The translations under genes were made by a program, and so were the position numbers. From Candidatus Thorarchaeota archaeon (GTDB lineage: Archaea > Asgardarchaeota > Thorarchaeia > Thorarchaeales > Thorarchaeaceae), in contig JBHLQM010000058.1 of assembly GCA_048884785.1 (NCBI GenBank), forward strand, positions 4,039 through 23,534: a DNA stretch of 19,496 nt, read 5' to 3'. Shown here piece after piece: positions 1 to 7,900 of this stretch (positions are counted from its first letter, which is position 1; each line of letters opens with the position of its first letter). The notes beneath the pieces were generated by a model that searched no databases, had not been told where the DNA came from, and saw nothing but the letters and a program-made list of their open reading frames with translations.

Positions 1-1
1 C

Positions 2-343
2 AAGTGCGCTCATGAATACAACCAGCCCAACAGGGTTTCTGAGGGGCATTCTGACAATAAGCAATATTCCTACTCCTGCCGCACCGAGGAGAGAGAATGT
101 GCTTACGGGCACGAATGGGCAGTGTGACACATAGCCTATGAGATTCACCTTAGAAGAACCCCATGCCAAGAGCTCAGTTGGTATTACTGTCCAAATGCCT
201 GCAGAAAGACAGCCGATGACCAGGGAGGATAGAAATGTCCAACCCGCTGCAATCGCAAGTACAGAGAAGAATCTCCTCAATCCTGAAGTCTCTTTCTTCG
301 TTTCTTTTTCTTCGTATTTTTGTTCCGTTTCAGTTCTCATCAT
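2..343 (-). CDS. Partial membrane protein (runs off the left edge of the window)
   Basis: Not in the ORF track. Manual translation of the minus strand from ATG ATG at 343/340 gives MMRTETEQKYEEKETKKETSGLRRFFSVLAIAAGWTFLSSLVIGCLSAGIWTVIPTELLAWGSSKVNLIGYVSHCPFVPVSTFSLLGAAGVGILLIVRMPLRNPVGLVVFMSAL..., open to the edge with several hydrophobic helices. The start overlaps the TetR stop (330-332), suggesting translational coupling. Confidence 0.8.
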   Translation of the reverse strand, partial: MMRTETEQKYEEKETKKETSGLRRFFSVLAIAAGWTFLSSLVIGCLSAGIWTVIPTELLAWGSSKVNLIGYVSHCPFVPVSTFSLLGAAGVGILLIVRMPLRNPVGLVVFMSAL

Positions 344-1019
344 AGTGTTTCAATCCTTGATCAATTATGTTGAAGAGGACTGCAAGATACTCTCTTGTCT
401 TCTCGCCTGACTCGTGGTCAGACTTACCCCGCATCACCAGCTCTCTGATAGCTGAATTGAGTGAACTGAGTGCCATAATCACACTGAATGGATCAACCCT
501 GCCCTCTACTCCGGCCTCTCTCATTGTCTGAGTGATCACATTCATCATGAGTTCTTGAACTCTCAGCTGGTGAAGCCTAAACTCGCTCTCACTCTCTGTA
601 AGTGGCTGCTTGGTCTGTTCCTTCGAAATGATATTCATAATTGCTGGACCAATCTTGCCTGAGTCAAAAAACCCTGTATGTCCAGGAAACTTGTCAACGA
701 ACAAGAGATAGGCATCTCCCAGGGTTCTAAGCTCATACTTGGCATTGGGTTGGCCAAGCATCTCTTGCAACGTCTGGAAAAGTTTCTCGTAGGTTCTTCC
801 CAAAACAGCAATGAACAGGTCATCCTTGGAATCAAAGTAGTTGTATATCGTCGCTTTCGTGTACCCTGCCTCCGAGGCAAGTTGATCAACCATAGTCGCA
901 TCATATCCATGTTCAATGAAGGCCTGTTCAGCGACATTGACGATTATCTCTCGACGGTGTTTTCTCTCGAGTTCCAATCTTCGTTTCTTTGAATCCTCAG
1001 CACTTTTCTTCCTGCTCAT
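330..1019 (-). CDS. TetR/AcrR family transcriptional regulator
   Basis: N-terminal TetR HTH: RREIIVNVAEQAFIEHGYDATMVDQLASEAGYTKATIYNYFDSKDDLFIAV, followed by a helical C-terminal domain. Confidence 0.95.
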   Translation of the reverse strand: MSRKKSAEDSKKRRLELERKHRREIIVNVAEQAFIEHGYDATMVDQLASEAGYTKATIYNYFDSKDDLFIAVLGRTYEKLFQTLQEMLGQPNAKYELRTLGDAYLLFVDKFPGHTGFFDSGKIGPAIMNIISKEQTKQPLTESESEFRLHQLRVQELMMNVITQTMREAGVEGRVDPFSVIMALSSLNSAIRELVMRGKSDHESGEKTREYLAVLFNIIDQGLKHYDEN

Positions 1020-1038
1020 TGCGATTCCACATTGTTAT

Positions 1039-1074
1039 TTTGACTTGAGTATAATAGATTATACTTAAGTATAA
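1039..1074. promoter_or_regulatory. Tandem palindromic operator, probable TetR autoregulatory site, overlapping a TATA-like box
   Basis: Perfect 16-bp palindrome TTATACTTAAGTATAA at 1059-1074 and a 13/16 copy TTTGACTTGAGTATAA at 1039-1054, 20 bp apart, 20-55 bp upstream of the tetR start. The minus strand reads TTTTATA across the edge of the perfect site. Confidence 0.75.
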
Positions 1075-1094
1075 AAGATTGCCTTCGGCGCAAT
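1073..1094 (-). terminator. Possible hairpin plus short T-tract terminator after fdhD
   Basis: Minus strand ATTGC-GCCGAAG-GCAAT followed by CTTTT, about 40 bp after the fdhD stop. Confidence 0.35.
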
Positions 1095-1131
1095 ACTCAG
1101 CTGTTGGGGTTTTGAGTGCCCAAGAAATCCG

Positions 1132-1926
1132 CTAATTCCTGCTGATTCTTGCTGCTCCCTGATGATAGAGACGCATCCTCTTTCCCTTGAATGCTCCAAT
1201 CAAGGTGAGATTCGCCTTTTCTGCAAACTTTACGCCAGCATCCGTGGCAACTGCAAAGGAAATCAGCAAGGGAATACGTGTCCAAGCACATTTGCTGACG
1301 ATATCTGCAGTGAGCCTGCCTGTGCTAATCATAAGGCACTGGGTGAGGTCTAATCCCTTTTCCACTGCAAGTCCAATCGCCTTGTCAGCAGCATTGTGTC
1401 TCCCTAAGTCCTCAACAAATGCATAGTCCTCTGTTGAGAATTGCTTGATGAGCGCCCCATGCAATGCGCCAGTCTTCTTGCGCCCCTCTTGAAGGGAACG
1501 AAGAAAATCAGCGGCTTGAAGAATTCCATCATACTCTATATCAATATGAGAATCATTGCGCGGGATACCATCGGCTGTTCTGAGTTCTCGTAGAATCTCA
1601 GGGGCTGAACATTCTGTCCCGATGAATCTGCGGATCTGTGAGAACCCCCTCTGCGGATTTGGTGTGGCGTCACTCTGCAGAGTCACATAACACCTGTTCG
1701 CGGCGTACCTAATGTCTTGCACCTCGGCAGGAGAACCTACAATTCCAGAAGAGAGCATATACCCGAGTGCAAGCTCCTTCTCTGATCCAGGAGTGCAAAC
1801 AAACGCCGCTAGAAATTCATCCCCAAGGCGAATCTCAAGTGCAGACTCGATTGCTACCAAGTCATCTTCATCCACTGACTCCTTAGGACTCAGTCTAACA
1901 GTAGGCAAAGTTCTGTAGGGACGCAT
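1132..1926 (-). CDS. fdhD: Formate dehydrogenase accessory sulfurtransferase FdhD
   Basis: FdhD motifs: CTPGSEKELALGYMLSSGI, KTGALHGA, EDLGRHNAADKAIG, STGRLTADIVSKC, AVATDAGVKFAEKANLTLIG. Confidence 0.93.
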   Translation of the reverse strand: MRPYRTLPTVRLSPKESVDEDDLVAIESALEIRLGDEFLAAFVCTPGSEKELALGYMLSSGIVGSPAEVQDIRYAANRCYVTLQSDATPNPQRGFSQIRRFIGTECSAPEILRELRTADGIPRNDSHIDIEYDGILQAADFLRSLQEGRKKTGALHGALIKQFSTEDYAFVEDLGRHNAADKAIGLAVEKGLDLTQCLMISTGRLTADIVSKCAWTRIPLLISFAVATDAGVKFAEKANLTLIGAFKGKRMRLYHQGAARISRN

Positions 1927-2071
1927 TTAGAGAACCCACGAGACCTTGAATTGGCAGCTTAAAAGACTTCATCTGGATGTCTAATGGCATGCCACAATAA
2001 TTGCGCTGTTCTTTGACTATATGAGTCCAGACAAGACCATTTACTAGAAGGTGGTGCCTACGATCAAGTCC

Positions 2072-2611
2072 ATGATTCCAGACAAGAGAATTGAAGAAAT
2101 ACTTCTGGCAAATGGTTTTACTGACTACAAGTGGATTGACCACGACGAGATTCCTGTTTCTCATTGGGTCCGTATGAAGTGCATGTATGGCTGTTCTGAA
2201 TATGGAAAGAATGCCTGTTGTCCACCGAACGTGCCATCCGTTCAGGATTGCCAGGAACTTCTAGGAGAATTCAAGAGAATATTGATCTTTCAGTTCTCTT
2301 TAGATCCTACATCTCCCTCTGAACGGACCAAATGGGCAAAACGTGTCAACAAACGATTATTGGAGCTAGAACGAACTCTCTTTCTTGAAGGGCTAGTTCG
2401 CGCATTTGTACTCATAATCAGTTCCTGCAATCTATGCAGTGAATGTACAGGCAATAAGAAAGACTGCAAGCATCCCTCTGAGGCGCGACCTACTCCAGAG
2501 GCATTCGCAATCGATGTATATTCTGCCGCTCAAAATGTAGGCTTTCCAATCCATGTCCTCAAGACACGTGATGAAACAATGAACAGATATGCTCTTGTTC
2601 TTGTGGACTGA
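2072..2611 (+). CDS. DUF2284-family predicted metal-binding (Cys-rich) protein
   Basis: WVRMKCMYGCSEYGKNACCPP and SCNLCSECTG..KDCKHPSEARPTPEAFAIDV patterns. ATG at 2072 is preferred over GTG at 2051. Confidence 0.88.
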   Translation: MIPDKRIEEILLANGFTDYKWIDHDEIPVSHWVRMKCMYGCSEYGKNACCPPNVPSVQDCQELLGEFKRILIFQFSLDPTSPSERTKWAKRVNKRLLELERTLFLEGLVRAFVLIISSCNLCSECTGNKKDCKHPSEARPTPEAFAIDVYSAAQNVGFPIHVLKTRDETMNRYALVLVD

Positions 2612-2809
2612 TTATTGATTTTCCTCAGTAATTGGCGACGATGATTTCCTCTGCACATACAGACCTGCCGCAAGAAAGACCAGCCCTATGGAGAATAGGG
2701 GGTAAAAGAGAGGATCTCCAATGGGATATCTACTTGCGCCTATTGATGCAAAGATGATTCCGATAATGTAGAGTACAGCAAAGAGACTCGATTTGCTCTG
2801 TTCTGTCAT
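2612..2809 (-). CDS. Small two-TM membrane protein (65 aa)
   Basis: Two hydrophobic segments followed by basic QRK. Strong RBS GGAGG just upstream of the ATG. The stop abuts the DUF2284 stop. Confidence 0.75.
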   Translation of the reverse strand: MTEQSKSSLFAVLYIIGIIFASIGASRYPIGDPLFYPLFSIGLVFLAAGLYVQRKSSSPITEENQ

Positions 2810-2880
2810 AATGGACCTCCTAATATCGTGGAAACTTATACACGAGAAACTAATACACTTGTGATTGGTGCAAATGCAGT

Positions 2881-3264
2881 CTATTCAGAATTGGCATGTT
2901 TGCTGGCCCAGGTTTCAGCTCTCTCCACAGATGGAATCTCTTCAATGGAGTGGAAGAGTAATTTGCCCTCTTCTTTTGCTCTCTCATATTCGATGAGCGC
3001 ACCCTTCGACTCTCCAAGGAGAAGGAGTGCATCACAGTCATCCAGCCATGGAGCATCCCAGAGCATGTATTCATCCCACCCCATAGGGATGTCTTGTTCT
3101 CGAGCACGAAGGTCCACCCAATGAAGAATATGAGGGATGAACGGGAAATGCCCCTTTTTCCAAAGATGGATGCCTGCATCGATTGCCCTCTGCACATTCT
3201 GTTCAATCTGTTCCGGTGTGGATGCAGTGTACGGGCCCGCCACGTAGATTTTCATGCTCTTCAT
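2881..3264 (-). CDS. DUF4406/DUF1937-like protein (nucleoside 2-deoxyribosyltransferase-like fold)
   Basis: KIYVAGPYT, GHFPFIPH and WLDDCDALLLLGESKGALIEYERA motifs. RBS GAGGAG upstream of ATG 3264 supports a 127-aa protein. Confidence 0.85.
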   Translation of the reverse strand: MKSMKIYVAGPYTASTPEQIEQNVQRAIDAGIHLWKKGHFPFIPHILHWVDLRAREQDIPMGWDEYMLWDAPWLDDCDALLLLGESKGALIEYERAKEEGKLLFHSIEEIPSVERAETWASKHANSE

Positions 3265-3360
3265 TTCTGACTCCTCAAATGACTGCAAGGGTCCTGCACT
3301 TTCCAAAGGGATATACAACTCTTTCTCTCAATGATAATGCATGATTCGAAGTTACTCTAA

Positions 3361-4383
3361 TCACCAAGTCCCAGTATCTTCATCAAGCAAGTTATAGATG
3401 TTCGATGGTGGTTTCTGTCTAGGGTCATGTAACAGTTGTATGAAAACTGATGAAAACCCATGTTTGATTTGGTCAAGACCTCGCAAGAAACCCTTGAAAT
3501 CTCTCAGTGTCAAATCAAGTCGTATGCAGTATCTCTTTTGGGCTCCTTTAATGATGTAGGCCGGGAAGGGTAATTGATAGAACTTTGAGAGCGGTTCTTC
3601 AGATGATTCATCAACCTGGAGGAAGCATGCCACATAGAGTAATTCATCAAATGGTGTGAAGATGAATTTGTATTCCTTAATCACTCCCTCGTGCTCCAAT
3701 CTGTGGATTCTATTATTGACGTCTGTCTTAGAGATAGAGATGACCTCTGCTAGCTTTCTGTAGCTGATTCCTGGTGTGTCTAGCATCATCTTCAATATGG
3801 CTATATCCTTGGAATCGTAACTTGTCAAAGGAAAATCCTTCTCGAGATTCAGTTTTTGATGAAATGCTGTGCTTTTCATTGTGATCCATTCTTCCCAATT
3901 CCAGTTCCATCCTCTGTTGGCATCAAAGCTGGCAAAGTCTGCCTTCTTGAATTCGTAGTCAACTATGTCGAACAGGTATGATGTTTGAACATGACCTTGT
4001 TTCTTTAGTGACTCCAGGAGGGTTGGATTGGCATTACGAGAAGTGACAGCGTAGGTAAACTCAGCAATATATCCATCATATTTGCCATAGGTAGAACTAA
4101 ACCAAGGTACTGAAGAATCGCGCTCAAGAAGCTTTTTGACATTGTTGTGTGCAGTCTTTGTTGGTTTAATAACAACAATCTGAGAATCCAGTCCTAGCCT
4201 TCTATCATCAATCAGTGGAAATGTAGACGACAGAATGCCATTCTCCATCATCTTTCGAATTCTATATCTGATGGTTCTTGCAGGAATTCCGACCCTCTCT
4301 TGGAGAACCAGTGTGGATGTACGAGGACCCAGATCATCAAGAATTTCAAGAATTTTGAGATCTTTCGAATCCATCACTTTCAT
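3361..4383 (-). CDS. Tandem (internally duplicated) Lrp/AsnC-type winged-helix regulator
   Basis: Two AsnC-like HTH units: MDSKDLKILEIL...GIPARTIRYRIRKMMENGIL and YDSKDIAILKMM...ISKTDVNNRIHRLEHEGVI. Each is followed by an alpha/beta region consistent with a RAM-like domain. GGAG upstream of the ATG. Confidence 0.88.
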   Translation of the reverse strand: MKVMDSKDLKILEILDDLGPRTSTLVLQERVGIPARTIRYRIRKMMENGILSSTFPLIDDRRLGLDSQIVVIKPTKTAHNNVKKLLERDSSVPWFSSTYGKYDGYIAEFTYAVTSRNANPTLLESLKKQGHVQTSYLFDIVDYEFKKADFASFDANRGWNWNWEEWITMKSTAFHQKLNLEKDFPLTSYDSKDIAILKMMLDTPGISYRKLAEVISISKTDVNNRIHRLEHEGVIKEYKFIFTPFDELLYVACFLQVDESSEEPLSKFYQLPFPAYIIKGAQKRYCIRLDLTLRDFKGFLRGLDQIKHGFSSVFIQLLHDPRQKPPSNIYNLLDEDTGTW

Positions 4384-4423
4384 TTGAGTAGCTCCTGAGG
4401 CTCACGGCTTCTCATTGCACTTG

Positions 4424-4494
4424 TGGCAAGAATTATAAATACTATTGCCAAACGTCCTATGGACAATTGGCAATAATAATAGATATTATTGCCA
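4424..4494. promoter_or_regulatory. Two 27-bp inverted-repeat operators, TGGCAA-N15-TTGCCA, in the divergent promoter region
   Basis: TGGCAAGAATTATAAATACTATTGCCA (4424-4450) and TGGCAATAATAATAGATATTATTGCCA (4468-4494). They are 23/27 identical and 44 bp apart. The second has perfect 11-bp arms. Confidence 0.8.
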
Positions 4495-4507
4495 TATATT
4501 CTAGAAG

Positions 4508-4699
4508 GTGGGAAATTTGAATCGAAAGAACGAAGAAAGAATCTCGGTTGCAGTTGTATTGTTTTTGCTTTTCATAACCAACATTGATGATCTTCTTGGA
4601 GTGGCCTTTCCGCTCGAAATCAGATTATTCATGGCCCTATCAGCTGTTCTTGTTGGATTGGTGATACTTCTTCTCCAATTCATTCGAAAACGTCAATAA
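4508..4699 (+). CDS. Small two-TM membrane protein (~60-63 aa)
   Basis: Two hydrophobic helices with a basic C-terminus (FIRKRQ). It lies just downstream of the operator pair. The start may be TTG at 4517, with GGTG as RBS. Confidence 0.6.
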   Translation: MGNLNRKNEERISVAVVLFLLFITNIDDLLGVAFPLEIRLFMALSAVLVGLVILLLQFIRKRQ

Positions 4700-4918
4700 A
4701 ATTGGCTGAGTTCATCTCAGGTTCCATAAACTACTCGAATGTTGTCTTATTCGTAAAGCTGGTCGAAATAAAAACTGATAATAAAACTAATTAGGTTCAA
4801 CCAGTTACATCCGGTATCTGTCTTCGCGAGGGAGATATGCGGCTCTACTACCATTGTATTGGATGAAGTAATCACTTGCTCTCATTGATGGCATCCGTCG
4901 CGCTGAGGAGTGGTGATA

Positions 4919-7900
4919 ATGTTTCGAGGAATGCGAATCCGGCTTGTTCTGATATCACTGGCAACTTTCATTTTTCTACTTGGCATGGCATCATTTACCG
5001 CTCCTGTTTTGAGCCATGCTCTAGCTCAGGCAGACTTGCCAACTTCTCAACCAACGACAGTTGCTGGACTTTCTTCACATGCTCCTATTCGCATATGGGG
5101 TGATGGCGAGTTTGATGCAATGGCTCTCACAGAAGGATGGCTAGGTTCTGGAATCCCGGGAGATCCATATATCATACAAGACCTCGAGATTGACTTGGGT
5201 GGTTCGTCCGGTAGTGGTATTCTGATAATCAACACATTTGTCAATTTCCAGATTATAAACTGCAATTTGAAAGGTGCAACGAGCTATGATGAGTATGGCT
5301 TAGGTAGCGGAATCAAATTGGTTGGCGTTAGAAATGCTGAGATTATAGGCAACACCTTCTCAAATAATCTCATTGCAATCACATTAGGTGCAGAAGACCA
5401 ATTTGAGGGCTGGGAGGGGTCCAATGAAAATGTGATTCTCGATAATGATGGCATTGGAAATGCAGGTGGAATTCTTCTCTATGGTTCTTCAAATAACATG
5501 ATTATAGGCAACACATTTAGTGACTGCTCAAGAGGCATTGATATAGAGCCGGCCTTCAATATAATCACAAGCAGCCTTGTAGGGTCGAACGGAAATGCTC
5601 TTGATGGAAATATCATTACTGAAGCTTCTGATGCTGGTATTCTCATTTATCGTTCAGAACAGGCTTCAATTCATGCAAACATGATTTCGAATGTCTTGGG
5701 AGCAGGAATAGAAATCATAACTTCTTCGGACATGGCCATTGATGATAATGTGATATATTGGAATGATGTTGGAATACATCTCTCAAGTGCAGACGGGACA
5801 TTTATGGTAAATAACATCCTCAACAACCCTGTCAATATGATAGCTGAAGACACAATCTTTCTAGAATTCGATTCAAATCTTTGGTACGACTATGACGGGT
5901 TTGATGCTGATTACAATGGAATTGGCGACATTCCTTATACGGTGTCCACTTTTCAGGACCTGAATCCGAGAATCTGGCTTAATGGATATCGTCTTCCTCT
6001 TGTGATTGATGGTGATTCCGACCTTGTGGTCAGGGCACTGGCGGAAGGTTGGCGGGGGTCTGGAGTTGATGGAGACCCATTCGTCTTTGAGAATTATCAT
6101 ATCATTGGCACCTCGGGTCAAAACTCCATCATATTGCGAAACATGGAGAGTGCATACTTGTCAATTCAAAACTGCTACTTCGAAGGTGGTGAAATTGGCA
6201 TTCAAGTTGAGAGCGTGGCCATTCCTATTGATATCAGATCAAACACTTTCTTTGGCAACCAAATTGGAATAGGTGCAATGCCTAATCCTATGGATCCATT
6301 CTTCATTCCTACAGACTCATTCATCACAGCTGAAGAGAATAGATTCTATGAAAATGGGTACGCACTCTATCAGCTTCTTGATTTTAGTGTGCCATCAGAA
6401 GGCGGTAGCATTTTCAATCTGAACTTGGTGACCGGAAGTCAGATAGCGGCCATTTACATAGAGAATGCAGCGTACGCGCAGATCACAAGCAATGGGATAA
6501 TTGGGAACGATGGCGACGCCATTCATCTCTTTAATGTGAGGTTTTTGCAGGTTGAGGGCAACAACTGCACATCAAATGGAGGTATTGGACTGCTTCTGGA
6601 GTGGTGCAGTGGTTCTGCTGATCAATTCATCCGAGGCAATATTTTCTCTGACAATGAATATGGGCTCTACTTTGACGATTATACCTATCTCAGCATTGTT
6701 CAGGACAATATAATCAGAGGAAGAACTGCTGATGCCATTGATTATGGAGTAGATAATCTCTTTGAACGCAACATGTGGTGGAGCTATCATGGACCAGATG
6801 ATGATTTCGATGAATTTGGCGATATACCCCATCTCTTCACAAATAATATGGACCTCACTCCTCGGATGGGTGTCAGGTGGACATCATGGCCTATTGATGT
6901 AGCAATAGAGGCAGGTCAAGACTTCGAATATCCACTATGGATATACGTATACTCCTATTGGTCAGATCTTGATTGGTTCATAGGTGATACCGATCATTTC
7001 TCGATAGATGAGAATGGCGTCATCACAAATATAGTGCCACTATCCGCACAAGAATATTGGCTGGAGGTAATGGTAAAGGGTGGCGGCGAAATCATCTGGG
7101 CTTTCACGTTGACTGTAACCCCAGGTAACCTCGCGGTGGATGATGATTATTCAACAGATGAAGACATGGCCTTGTTTGTGGATGCTCCGGGTATCCTCGG
7201 AAACGACCTAGGAGTGGATGCAGGAGCTTTTGTTTCAGTTCTAGTGATGCCAGACCATGGCACATTGACAACCTTCTCGGACGGATCTTTCTCCTATATC
7301 CCAGACCCCGATTGGAATGGTATTGATTCGTTCTCCTACCAGTTCCTGGAAGGATCTTCTATCGCAAGTAATCCGGCAACCGTGAAGATTGAAGTATTCG
7401 CAGTGAATGACCTTCCTGTGGCAATGGATGACTATTACGAGGTTGGCATAGATGCAACCTTGACCATCGTATCTCCGGGCGTTTTGCTGAATGACTCTGA
7501 CATTGAAGGAGACCAACTTGAAGCCACTCTCGTGAATGGCCCGACAAATGGTGTACTCGAGCTCTTGCCAGATGGATCCTTCACGTATACTCCTGCTGCC
7601 GGATGGTGTGGAACTGATTCTTTCACCTATCGCGTTTATGAGTCCCTCTCTCTGCTTGAAGGGAATACTGCTACAGTCACAATCCAGGTTCTTGATACTG
7701 CACCACCGACAACTTCATACTTCTTGGACAGGCTTCCAGACAATAATGGCTGGTATCTATCGAGCGTCACCGTGACACTATCTTCACTTGATGTTGGATG
7801 TGGAGTCGATGAAATATACTACAGTCTGGATGGTATCACTTGGACCGCCTACATTGGGCCGTTCTCTCTCTCGACTGAGGGTGCGAATACAGTCCATTAT

